From Xanthobacteraceae bacterium (GTDB lineage: Bacteria; Pseudomonadota; Alphaproteobacteria; Rhizobiales; Xanthobacteraceae): a DNA stretch of 64,000 bases. Positions 18,703-27,969 of this stretch are shown in pieces. The notes under the pieces were generated by a model. That model was given only the letters and a program-made list of their open reading frames with translations, had not been told where the DNA came from and searched no databases. Both the position numbers and the translations under genes were made by a program. Every line of letters starts with the position of its first letter. Position 1 is the first letter of the stretch. The stretch is taken from the NCBI GenBank assembly GCA_049522435.1, contig JBEKNW010000001.1, positions 25,001-89,000 on the forward strand, in the 5' to 3' direction.

Positions 18703-19389
18703 ATGAGGATCGTCGATCTGAGCCGAGAACTCTATCATCGCACGCCGAGCTATCCGGGACAGCCGCCTATCATCTACGGCGTGTGGAAGTCGCATGAAGA
18801 AGCATTCGTCGATTCCGGCTACGTACAGGGCAACGCGGTGATGTTCTTCTCCATGCCAGACCACGGCGGCACGCACATCGACGCGCCGCGCCACTTCGGC
18901 ATGAGCGGCACGCCGATCGACAAATACCCGCTGGAGAACTGCATCGTCCAAGGCATCTGCATCGACCTGCGCCACATCGCGCCGCGCGCGGAGATCACGC
19001 CGGCCGATCTCGAGGCTGCGGTGACGAAGGCGGGCGTGCCGATCCCGAAAAAGGGCACCGTGCTGCTTTGCACCGGCCATCACGCGCGCACGTTCCCGAC
19101 GCCGGCCTATGCGACGGATAATCCCGGGGTCAACGTCGCCGCGACCGAATGGCTGGCGCAACAAGGCATCGTGCATTTCGGCATCGATTCGATGCGGCCG
19201 GGACCGATGGGCAAGATCAACTCGTTGGTGCACAAGGCCTGCCTCGAACTCGACATCACGCACATGGAGAGCCTGTGCAATCTCGAAGCGTTGCTCGGCC
19301 AGGGCGAATTTCAGTTCATCGGCCTGCCGCTCAAATGGCGCGAGGGCACTGCCTCGCCGATCCGCGCGGTGGCGGTGTTCAACGATTGA
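18703..19389 (+). CDS. Cyclase family protein (kynurenine/aryl formamidase-like metal hydrolase)
   Basis: HGGTHIDAPRHF motif, length ~228 aa. Start at MRIVDLSREL, preceded by GGGAAGAGAG. Confidence 0.75.
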   Translation: MRIVDLSRELYHRTPSYPGQPPIIYGVWKSHEEAFVDSGYVQGNAVMFFSMPDHGGTHIDAPRHFGMSGTPIDKYPLENCIVQGICIDLRHIAPRAEITPADLEAAVTKAGVPIPKKGTVLLCTGHHARTFPTPAYATDNPGVNVAATEWLAQQGIVHFGIDSMRPGPMGKINSLVHKACLELDITHMESLCNLEALLGQGEFQFIGLPLKWREGTASPIRAVAVFND

Positions 19390-19579
19390 TGTTTTGGTCG
19401 CACGCTGCCGGATCATGAATTGTTCAAGGTTGTCACTTCGTGCTGTGCTGTTCATCCTTCGAACAGCGGATCGGCCATTGCGCGGCCGCCTACGAACAAG
19501 TAGTGTCCCGCCGCCGATCATGGCGAATTAAATCGTGACTGGATCAGCTTGAAACAACAACTCTTTGCGCGAGAGGCAC

Positions 19580-20425
19580 ATGGGACATCGATACACGCGA
19601 GAAGAAGTAGAGGCTCGCCTGCGCGCCACCATCTCAGCGGGCAGTCCGATAATCGTCGCGGGTGCCGGAAACGGGCTCTCCGCAAAATGTGCAGAGCTTG
19701 GCGGAATCGACCTGGTCGTCATTTACAATAGCGGCAAGTTTCGTATGGACGGCTTGCCGTCCATCTGCGGCCTGATGCCGTACGGAAATGCTAACGAGAT
19801 TGTGCTGGAACTTGGAGAGAATCATGTGCTTCCAGCCGTAAAGAAGACGCCAGTGATGGCCGGGGTATGCGGCACCGATCCTACGCGAAATATGCGCAGC
19901 TTTCTTAAGCAGCTCTGCGAGGTCGGATTTTCTGGTGTCATCAACTATCCGACCGTATCTCGGTTCGACGGAAATATTCGCCGTGACTTTGAGTCTGTTG
20001 GACTGGGCTTCGCCCGCGAAGTCGAAATGATCGCGACAGCTCGAGAGGTTGGCCTGTATACAACCTGCTATATCCGCACCCCCGAGGAAGGCGCCCAGAT
20101 GGCCCGAGCGGGCGTAGACTTGATCGTTCCTCATGTCGGGCTAACCAGCGGAGGAACGATTGGTTCAGGAGGAGCCATGTCCCTGGACGAAGCTGTAAAG
20201 GCGACACAGGATATCATCGATGTGGCGCGCGCTGTAAATTCCGATGTAATCGCCTTGGCGCATGGTGGACCGATAGAGAACCCGCAAGATGTCGCTTATG
20301 TTCTAGAGCGGACTACCGCACAGGGCTTCGTCGGGGCATCGAGCATTGAGCGGCTGCCAGTGGAGACCGCTATTGTAGGCGCAGTCCAAGCATTCAAGAA
20401 GCTTGCCGTGCCGGCAAGAAGATAA
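19580..20425 (+). CDS. Phosphoenolpyruvate hydrolase-like TIM-barrel protein (PF09370-type)
   Basis: SPIIVAGAGNGLSAKCAELGGIDLVVIYNSGKFRMDG...YGNANEIV...GFSGVINYPTV...HVGLTSGGTIG...LAHGGPI...GFVGASSIERLP closely follows the family pattern as I remember it. Confidence 0.7.
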   Translation: MGHRYTREEVEARLRATISAGSPIIVAGAGNGLSAKCAELGGIDLVVIYNSGKFRMDGLPSICGLMPYGNANEIVLELGENHVLPAVKKTPVMAGVCGTDPTRNMRSFLKQLCEVGFSGVINYPTVSRFDGNIRRDFESVGLGFAREVEMIATAREVGLYTTCYIRTPEEGAQMARAGVDLIVPHVGLTSGGTIGSGGAMSLDEAVKATQDIIDVARAVNSDVIALAHGGPIENPQDVAYVLERTTAQGFVGASSIERLPVETAIVGAVQAFKKLAVPARR

Positions 20426-20630
20426 TCATTAGCGAATTTCAGAACATCCATTAGTGTGATCGCCCGAGTGGTTTTTTGTGCCACCGTGATGATTGTCGGC
20501 TCGACGCAGATGTTCGAGGAAAGCGGGCAAAACGTGGATTCATCAACGAGCTCTTGGCCGCTCGCGGGTCTTGAGCCTGGGTGCAGTGTCCGCACGCGAC
20601 CTATTCGCTCAGTCCTTTACGGCTGACCGC

Positions 20631-21362
20631 TCACATCCCGAGATAGAATTGGCGGATCAGGTCGTTATTGTTGAGCTCGTCGGCCGAGCGGCCTTCGAAG
20701 GCGATCTTGCCGTGCACAATCACATAGCCGCGGTCGGCGATGCGGATAGCTTGGGTGAAATTCTGTTCGGCCATCAGCACGGTGAGCTGGTAGTGCTCCT
20801 TGAGCTGCTTGATGGCGTCGATGGTGCGGCTCACCAGTTGCGGCGCCAGCCCCACCGACGGCTCGTCCACCAGCAGGATGCGCGGCGCCAGCATCAGCGC
20901 GCGGGCGAGCGCCAGCATCTGTTGCTCGCCGCCGCTCATGCTGCCGGCGAGCTGATGGCGCCGTTCCGCCAAGCGCGGAAACGCCTCGAAGCAGAAAGCG
21001 AGATTGGACTTGATGTGCGCGCGCGCCTTGGGCCGGAAGGCGCCGAGCAAGAGATTTTCCTGTACCGTCAGTTTCGCGAATAACCGGCGCCCCTCCGGCA
21101 CCAGCGCGATGCCGATATCGACGATCTGCTCTGTTTTCATTCCGATAAGGTCATGCTTCTTGCCGTCGATTTCCACGACGATGCGGCCGGCGGTCGGCCG
21201 CACGATGCCCATCACGCATTTCATCAGCGTGCTCTTGCCGTTGCCGTTCGTGCCAAGCAGCGTGACCGTCTCGCCGGCATTCACGGTCATCGACACGTCC
21301 TCGATTACCCGCACCGCGCCATAAGCGGCGTACACGTTTTCGATGGTGATGCTATTGGCCAA
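20631..21362 (-). CDS. Branched-chain amino acid-type (Liv/HAAT family) ABC transporter ATP-binding protein, LivF-like
   Basis: GTNGNGKST, MSGGEQQMLALARAL, ILLVDEPSVGLAP, and the C-terminal ...RQFYLGM. Confidence 0.9.
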   Translation of the reverse strand: MANSITIENVYAAYGAVRVIEDVSMTVNAGETVTLLGTNGNGKSTLMKCVMGIVRPTAGRIVVEIDGKKHDLIGMKTEQIVDIGIALVPEGRRLFAKLTVQENLLLGAFRPKARAHIKSNLAFCFEAFPRLAERRHQLAGSMSGGEQQMLALARALMLAPRILLVDEPSVGLAPQLVSRTIDAIKQLKEHYQLTVLMAEQNFTQAIRIADRGYVIVHGKIAFEGRSADELNNNDLIRQFYLGM

Positions 21363-22086
21363 GATATGCCCTCACCACTTCGGGATCACGCACCACGTCT
21401 TCCGGTTTGCCATCGGCAACTTTCTTGCCCGACACCAGCACCGCCAGCCGCTGCGAGAATTTCATCACCGCGCTCATGATGTGCTCGATCAGGATGATGC
21501 TGATGCCGCGCTCATTCAGACGCATCAGCAATGCCAGGATGTCATCGATCTCCGAATGCGACAGCCCGGCCATGGATTCGTCGGCGATCAGCAGCTTAGG
21601 CTCGGCCGCCATGGCGCGAGCGAGCTCCAGCTTGCGCATCTCGACCTGGGTGAGGTGGCGCGGCAATTGCTTGGCCTTTTTCGCCAGCCCGAACATGTCC
21701 AGAAGTTCGAGGCAGTGCGCATCGAGATCGCCGACCGAGCGCAGCGGTCCCATACGGGCGTGCACGGTGTAGAGCAGCGGAATGCGCAAATTATCGGCAA
21801 GCGTCATGCTGTGGAACGGGCGCGGTAATTGGAAACTTCGGGCGAGCCCGCGACGAGTGCGCTGATGCGCGGCAAGCCCGTCTAGCGATTTGCCGTCAAA
21901 ATACACGGTGCCGTCTTCGTTCTGCAGGGTGCCGCAGATGCAATTGACCAGCGTGCTCTTCCCCGAACCGTTCGGGCCAATCAGCCCCAGCCGCTCGCCC
22001 GGATGCACCTCGAGGTCGATGCCGTCGAGGGCGACGAATCCGTAAAAGCGTTTGCTGATGTTGTCGACGTGCAGCAGCGGGGTCAT
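21352..22086 (-). CDS. HAAT-family ABC transporter ATP-binding protein, LivG-like
   Basis: GPNGSGKST, LLIADESMAGLS, and the C-terminal DPEVVRAYLGQ. Confidence 0.9.
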   Translation of the reverse strand: MTPLLHVDNISKRFYGFVALDGIDLEVHPGERLGLIGPNGSGKSTLVNCICGTLQNEDGTVYFDGKSLDGLAAHQRTRRGLARSFQLPRPFHSMTLADNLRIPLLYTVHARMGPLRSVGDLDAHCLELLDMFGLAKKAKQLPRHLTQVEMRKLELARAMAAEPKLLIADESMAGLSHSEIDDILALLMRLNERGISIILIEHIMSAVMKFSQRLAVLVSGKKVADGKPEDVVRDPEVVRAYLGQ

Positions 22087-23039
22087 CGCTGCCTCCGCGG
22101 GCGCAGGTACTCCTGCGCCAGCCCAACCAGGCCGTTGGGTGCGATAATGACGAAGGCCACCAGCAACAGGCCGACAATCAGCAGGTTGACCGCCGAAGAA
22201 ATGGTGACGGTCGCGATCTGCTGCAACGAGCCTAGCAGAATGGAGCCGACCAGCGGGCCGACCCAGCCGGTGGTACCGCCGATCATCGGCATGGCGATCG
22301 AATTGACCGTGTATTCCAGGCCGAACGCCGACGACGGCTGCAGATAACCAATGTAATATGGGAACGGCGCGCCGGCCATGCCCATGAAGGCGCCCGAAAG
22401 CGTGGTGGCGATCAGTTTCAGGCGCAGCGTCGGCACACCGGAAGCTTCCGCCGCTATCTCGTCGTCACGAATGGAGCCGAAGCCGAAGCCGAGCTGCGAA
22501 CGCTCAATCGTGCGCGCGGTGGCCAATGCGATCAGCGCCAGTGCCAGCATCAGCCCGAACAGATATTCGATGTAGTTGATCTGGAAGCCAGCGATATCGA
22601 CGGTATCCGGGCTGACGATGTAGGCGCCGCGCGAGCCGCCGACATAGTCCCAGTTCACCACCAGCGTTTGCAACACTACCGCGAGCGCCAGCGTGGCGAT
22701 GGCGAAGAACGCGCCGCGCAGCCGCAGCGTCAGATAACCCATGCCGAAGCCGACGATGCCGGACACCACCGCGCCGATCACCACCAGGACCGGCACCGGT
22801 AGCGGATAGAACTTGTACATGAACACCGAGCTATAGGCCCCGAGCGCGAAGAACGCGGCCGAGCCGAAATTCACATACCCGCAATAACCGCCGAGGATAT
22901 TCCAGGCCGTTGCCAGCACGATGAATTGCAGGATCGTGTAGCCGGCGAAATAGAAATAGTCGAGCTTCAGCCAATGGGCGAAGGCCAAGACGAGGAGGCC
23001 GACACCGATCGTGACAGTTGAGAATTTCACGACACCCAC
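22083..23039 (-). CDS. HAAT-family ABC transporter permease, LivM-like
   Basis: Multi-TM protein. The WNILGGYCGYVNFGSAAFFALGAY motif is typical of LivM. Confidence 0.85.
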   Translation of the reverse strand: MGVVKFSTVTIGVGLLVLAFAHWLKLDYFYFAGYTILQFIVLATAWNILGGYCGYVNFGSAAFFALGAYSSVFMYKFYPLPVPVLVVIGAVVSGIVGFGMGYLTLRLRGAFFAIATLALAVVLQTLVVNWDYVGGSRGAYIVSPDTVDIAGFQINYIEYLFGLMLALALIALATARTIERSQLGFGFGSIRDDEIAAEASGVPTLRLKLIATTLSGAFMGMAGAPFPYYIGYLQPSSAFGLEYTVNSIAMPMIGGTTGWVGPLVGSILLGSLQQIATVTISSAVNLLIVGLLLVAFVIIAPNGLVGLAQEYLRPRRQR

Positions 23040-23042
23040 GAG

Positions 23043-23918
23043 CTACCGTCCCAAAAGTCCTGCCGGCCGGAAGGCCAGCGTCAGAAGAAGGACACCGAAC
23101 GCCACCGCCGGCGCCCATGACGGACCGTAGAAGGTCGAGGTCAGGCTCTCGACCACGCCGAGCAGCATGGCCGCGATCAAGGTGCCTGGCATGCTACCGA
23201 GCCCGCCCAGCACGCAGATGGCGAATACGCGGCCGATATATTCGCGTCCGACCGATGGTTCGATCGGCTGGATGATGATGAGCAGCGCGCCGGCGATCGA
23301 GGCGGTGGCGATCGATATGCCGAAGGCGATGCGCTTGATGCGGATCGGATCAGCCGCCATCAATTGCAGCGCCAATTGGTCCTGCGACACCCCCATGACC
23401 GCGCGACCGAGAAAGGTGCGGCTGACGAACAGTTCGAGAACGCCGAACAGCGCGAGCGCCGCCAGGCAGGGCACCAGCATGCGCAGCGGCATGTCGATGA
23501 GGCCGATGTGGATGCTGGGGCCGATATAGGCGGCTTTGACATAGCGATAGTCTACGCCGAACACCAGGATTAGCGACACCTCGGTGACGAACATCAGGCC
23601 GAAGAAAAAGGCGAGCCCGCGCAGCGATTCCTGGCCGCGCTTTTCGAATGACAGGTAGTAGACCTGATAGACCAGCGCGCCGAGCGCGTAGAACGCCGGC
23701 AGTGCGATGATGCTCGCCACGATCGGGTCGAGGCCGAAATTGACGTTGATGAAATAGGCGATGTATGAGCCAAGGATGATGAAGGCCGGATGCGCGACGT
23801 TGACGATGTCGAGCATGCCGAACGAGATCGATATGCCGACCGTGACGGCGGCGTAGAAGCCACCGAGCAGCAGCCCCGCGACGATGGCGTTGATCAGGAG
23901 ATCGACGGAAATGTCCAT
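23043..23918 (-). CDS. HAAT-family ABC transporter permease, LivH-like
   Basis: MDISVDLLINAIVAGLLLGGFYAAVTVGISISFGMLDIVNVAHPAF. The track ORF extends to a GTG at 23942. Confidence 0.85.
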   Translation of the reverse strand: MDISVDLLINAIVAGLLLGGFYAAVTVGISISFGMLDIVNVAHPAFIILGSYIAYFINVNFGLDPIVASIIALPAFYALGALVYQVYYLSFEKRGQESLRGLAFFFGLMFVTEVSLILVFGVDYRYVKAAYIGPSIHIGLIDMPLRMLVPCLAALALFGVLELFVSRTFLGRAVMGVSQDQLALQLMAADPIRIKRIAFGISIATASIAGALLIIIQPIEPSVGREYIGRVFAICVLGGLGSMPGTLIAAMLLGVVESLTSTFYGPSWAPAVAFGVLLLTLAFRPAGLLGR

Positions 23919-24278
23919 ACGGGTCTCAACCGGCACATTCACTTAACGCAAATTGCATTGCAGGGAAATCACAGCCTGATACGTTTTGTTCTGCTGCTGA
24001 ACTCAAAAATATTCGATTAACCGGAATTCCCCGACTGAACCCTCGAACTGCCGTGGATGGTAGGCGTTTTCCGAACTGGCTGGACGCCCAGTTCGAGGGG
24101 CAGTTGGCTTTCGGCATTCCAAACCCTCCGAGACCGGACGGCTCGTGTCCGCTACTACTGCGAAGCCGACGCGCGGATAAAGTTCTCCAGGATGCCGCTC
24201 GCATGCAGCCCGCGTGGATACCGCAGAGGTCTGAACGTGTATCACGCAACTGTTAGAGCCACGCTCCCTAATCAGTTC

Positions 24279-25541
24279 TTATTTAACTGCATCGGCGTAC
24301 GGATAGATGAGATCTCCCGTTTTGTATTTCGCCGGCGCCACGATTGCTTGAACCGACACGTCCTTGAACTGATCGATGCCGTTACCTTTGATGTTTTGGA
24401 ATTGGACCTCCAACACGCGCGATTGGGCCCATTCCCCCTGTCGCCCGAATTTGACGTCGCCGACGACGGTGTTGAACGTGGCGCTGCTGATGTAGTCGAT
24501 GAGCTTGCTATCATCGAGGCTCTTGGTGGCCTCTACAGCGTGACCCAGCACCTGCAATTCTGCGTAACCCCACGGTGCAATATAGTAACCGAGAGGATCG
24601 ACGCCCTCCGCCGGCGCCCGTGCTTGGTATTTCTTGATAAATTCGAGCACGCCGGGGAATTCCATGGTCTTCACGGGTAGCCAGAAATCGTAGTTGACGA
24701 ATCCGTTGAGCAGCGGGCCCAATTGTGTCTTGAACACCGTTGCCTGCAGTCCGACCATCGCACCGCCGATCACCTTTGGTTTAAATCCAGCTTCATTAAC
24801 GGCGCGCACCATTCCCACCGAATCAAGCGGATAAGAACCGATAAAGACCAGGTCCGGGTTGGTCGCTTGGATCGCCCGGACGATCGAGGCAAACTCGGTG
24901 TTCGTCGGCGGGTAGGTTTTGTCGTAGACGATTTTCAGCCCGGCGGCCTTGGCGTCTATGCGCGCGCCTTCCATAGCGTTTTGTGAGAACTCCGCATCCG
25001 CCCCCACAATCGCGATCGTCTGCGGCTTCGGGTTCTGCGCCATCGCCGCGTCGAAAAACCCTTTAGCGAACGCGGGCTTCGGATCCGGACCGTCCGGGAT
25101 CATTGCAAAATAACCCGGATAATCGAAAGAGCTGTTAGCGGCAACCCCAAAAAGTCCAATGAACACCTTCTTTTTCCGGATGGCGATCGGTATGGCCGGC
25201 GCCAGCATGTTGGTGGCATAGCCGCCCATAATCAGGTCGACCTGGTCGATGTCCAAAAGCTTGGTGTAGATGCCCGGCACGGTCGAGGGATTGGACTGAT
25301 CATCGTAGTAAACGAGCTTGACCGGCCGGCCGAGCAGTCCACCTTGGGCATTGATGTCTTCCTCCCAGATCTTCATCGCCAGGAGCGCGGACTTGCCATT
25401 CGCCGCGAGCGGTCCGGTCAATGACATACCGAAGCCAATTCGTATTGGATCTGCGGCCCTGGCCGGCCCCCAGGCTACAGCAGTTGCCACGATTCCCGCG
25501 GCAACGCAGGCGATTGATCGAGACAATAGGTGATGAAGCAT
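24279..25541 (-). CDS. HAAT-family ABC transporter substrate-binding protein (LivK-like)
   Basis: Signal peptide, then DPIRIGFGMSLTGPLAANGKSALLAMKIWEEDINAQGGLLGRPVKLVYYDDQSNP. Confidence 0.85.
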   Translation of the reverse strand: MLHHLLSRSIACVAAGIVATAVAWGPARAADPIRIGFGMSLTGPLAANGKSALLAMKIWEEDINAQGGLLGRPVKLVYYDDQSNPSTVPGIYTKLLDIDQVDLIMGGYATNMLAPAIPIAIRKKKVFIGLFGVAANSSFDYPGYFAMIPDGPDPKPAFAKGFFDAAMAQNPKPQTIAIVGADAEFSQNAMEGARIDAKAAGLKIVYDKTYPPTNTEFASIVRAIQATNPDLVFIGSYPLDSVGMVRAVNEAGFKPKVIGGAMVGLQATVFKTQLGPLLNGFVNYDFWLPVKTMEFPGVLEFIKKYQARAPAEGVDPLGYYIAPWGYAELQVLGHAVEATKSLDDSKLIDYISSATFNTVVGDVKFGRQGEWAQSRVLEVQFQNIKGNGIDQFKDVSVQAIVAPAKYKTGDLIYPYADAVK

Positions 25542-25636
25542 TTGTTCCTCCCGGCCGTTATGCTACCGTTTTGTGGTGAAAAAACCGGACCCACATTAGG
25601 CTATCAATTTTCAGCGCGGTAGAAAGCTCTGTTTTT

Positions 25637-25653
25637 GTTATGCTTGGCATAAC
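25637..25653. promoter_or_regulatory. 17-bp palindrome GTTATGC-TTG-GCATAAC containing a T-N11-A core. Candidate LysR-type operator in a divergent promoter region.
   Basis: Perfect 7-bp inverted arms with a 3-bp spacer, read directly. Lies between the divergent genes 24279-25541 (-) and 25724-26566 (+). A LysR gene sits 1.1 kb downstream. Confidence 0.35.
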
Positions 25654-25723
25654 GCTAAGCTATTGAGTGAACTAAATGCCCCGGATCGGTTGCAATTGGG
25701 TGGGCAAGATTTATAAAAACAGC

Positions 25724-26566
25724 ATGCCGGAACAGACAACGAAGCCAATCCTAGTCTTCGGTGGGTGCTATAGCAATCTGGAGGCGACGCGGGCGATGCT
25801 CGGCGTCGTTGAGCGTCTTGGCTTTGCGCCATGCGACGTGGTCTGCACCGGAGATGTCGTCGCGTATTGCGCCGACCCACAGGCTACAGTTGAGTTAATC
25901 CGCGCCTCCGGAATTCGCGTCATTATGGGCAACTGCGAGGAAGCGCTTGCCGCGGCGGCAGATAATTGTGGGTGCGGCTTCGAGGAAGGCAGCGCATGCG
26001 ACCGGCTTTCCGTGCAATGGTACACATTCGCAGCTGCCCGCCTCGATGACGACGCGCGGAAGTGGATGAGGGGCTTACCGCAACACCTGGAAATTAACAT
26101 GTGCGGTCGCCGCCTTGTCGTGATTCATGGCGGCGGTAGGCAAATCAACCGCTTTATCTTTCAATCCACGCCGGTCTCGGTCAAACAGGAGGAGATCGAG
26201 TGGCTAAAATGCGACGGCGTCATTGCCGGCCACTGTGGATTGCCGTTCACGCAGCTGTTCGGTGATTATCTTTGGCACAACACCGGTGCTGTGGGCATGC
26301 CGGCAAATGATGGGACTTGCAGGACTTGGTACAGCATCCTGCGCCCGATGGCCGATGGAATTATGATCGAGCCGCTGCCTTTGATCTATGCAGCTGACGA
26401 GGCGTCGGCTAAGATGCAATCCTGTGGTCTCACCGGCGGTTACGACAAGGCTCTCCTGTCCGGGATATGGCCCAGTGCCGACGTATTGCCCGATATCGAA
26501 CGTGGACAGCAGGGTGTGGCACTCGACCTTGGCCCAGTCCACTGGTCGATAAGCGGAGTTGAGTGA
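25724..26566 (+). CDS. Calcineurin-like metallophosphoesterase-fold protein with substituted metal-ligand motifs
   Basis: ILVFGGCYSNLEA / CTGDVVAYCADP / VIMGNCEE / VIAGHCG line up with phosphoesterase motifs I, II, III and V. Start placed at MPEQTTKP; the track ORF starts at 25676. Confidence 0.6.
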   Translation: MPEQTTKPILVFGGCYSNLEATRAMLGVVERLGFAPCDVVCTGDVVAYCADPQATVELIRASGIRVIMGNCEEALAAAADNCGCGFEEGSACDRLSVQWYTFAAARLDDDARKWMRGLPQHLEINMCGRRLVVIHGGGRQINRFIFQSTPVSVKQEEIEWLKCDGVIAGHCGLPFTQLFGDYLWHNTGAVGMPANDGTCRTWYSILRPMADGIMIEPLPLIYAADEASAKMQSCGLTGGYDKALLSGIWPSADVLPDIERGQQGVALDLGPVHWSISGVE

Positions 26567-26798
26567 GAGTCGAAGGGGGGATTTTGCGGATTCTCTGCCG
26601 AGTCGCTGACCTAAGCGGCATGTGCACGCGGTTATCTATCGCTGTCACGACGTTTTGCGGAAGTTGCGAGAGAAAGCCGCATAAATTTCGACAACGCCAT
26701 AGGCACATCCGCCAATATTTCGGTCTTTCAGTATCCCCACCGATAGCGCACCCCCTGCATTCGGCTGGAGCGCGCCAAAACAACACCGGTGCGGCAAC

Positions 26799-27779
26799 AT
26801 GATCCCGTGTATCAGCTTTCGTCACCTGCAGTATTTTGTCGCGGTGTTCGAGGAAGGCAGCTTCACCAAAGCGGCCGAACGTGAGAGGTGTACCCAGCCG
26901 GCTCTGAGCGCGCAGGTACGAAATGTTGAGGAGCTCGTCGGCACAAGCCTTTTCGAGCGTTCGGTAACTGGGGCTGTCCCAACAGCGGCCGGAAAACGCT
27001 TTTATCGTCACGCAATTTCTATCCTCCGCTCGCTCCGCATGGCCGAAATCGACATGGCTCCCGTAACCGAACAGATTTCCGGCACCGTCCGCGCCGGCGT
27101 GATTCCATCTCTCGTGCGCGGAATCTTGCCGTCGTTCCTTCACGAATTCGTCGAAAAACATCCTGCGATCGACTTGCGTATAACGGAGTCGTTCAGTGGC
27201 ACATTGACAAGCTGGCTGCTGGCCCACGAGATCGATCTCGCGTTTGTAGTCGAACCTCCACGGCACGAGGGTCTGGAGATGGAGAAACTGGTGGAGGCGC
27301 CGGCGGTATTAATATCCAGCAAAGCATTTGGCCTGTCGCCCGGGCCGTTGCAGCTCTGCGATATACCGCCGGTAAAGATGATCATGCCCGGGCACCGCCA
27401 CAGCTTGCGAGCGACTATAGAGCGCGCCATTTGGACTCGATCATTGAAGGTGACGCGAATTTTGGAAATGGACTCGGTGCCGGGAATGATTACATTCGTC
27501 CGCAGTAGCTCAGATTGGGCAACAATCCTACCCTTCGCCGCTATTGTGCGCGACCGAGACGATCCAGACCTCATACTAAACCCGATTACGGACGCGCAAT
27601 TCGAAACCAATCTCTACTTGGTTCATTTGATACAGTTTCCACTTTCCCCAGCGGCACATGAGTTCGTCGAAGCCTTGCGTAGAGAGACAAACCGCACCCG
27701 CGATTTTCTGTCAAACGATGTCAAGGTTCGTTTTACCGCAGGCCGGCACAGGGCAAGGTCGGCAAAGTCCATACGATAA
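26799..27779 (+). CDS. LysR family transcriptional regulator
   Basis: N-terminal HTH: FRHLQYFVAVFEEGSFTKAAERERCTQPALSAQVRNVEELVGTSLFERS. The length of ~326 aa is typical. Confidence 0.85.
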   Translation: MIPCISFRHLQYFVAVFEEGSFTKAAERERCTQPALSAQVRNVEELVGTSLFERSVTGAVPTAAGKRFYRHAISILRSLRMAEIDMAPVTEQISGTVRAGVIPSLVRGILPSFLHEFVEKHPAIDLRITESFSGTLTSWLLAHEIDLAFVVEPPRHEGLEMEKLVEAPAVLISSKAFGLSPGPLQLCDIPPVKMIMPGHRHSLRATIERAIWTRSLKVTRILEMDSVPGMITFVRSSSDWATILPFAAIVRDRDDPDLILNPITDAQFETNLYLVHLIQFPLSPAAHEFVEALRRETNRTRDFLSNDVKVRFTAGRHRARSAKSIR

Positions 27780-27969
27780 TCAGTTTTTGCGACGCACCGA
27801 AATTAGTCTTTGAGATGGTAGCGGGAGTGGCGCGCAGGTCAGAAGATCATCTTATATCGTCCATAACACGATCGGATTAGATTGCCGATTTTCCATTCTA
27901 TAAGCTAACCATCTGGGCCGCGTGGTCGGCCAGAGCGTCCAATTTTCGAAGGATGAGGGAGACGGAATA

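Noticed and set aside
27871-27889. ATCGG-N9-CCGAT inverted repeat upstream of the M24 gene, considered as a LysR box
   Set aside because: The arms are only 5 bp, and the T/A positions do not give a T-N11-A core. It is easily a chance occurrence in a 190-bp AT-richer spacer, so I did not annotate it.
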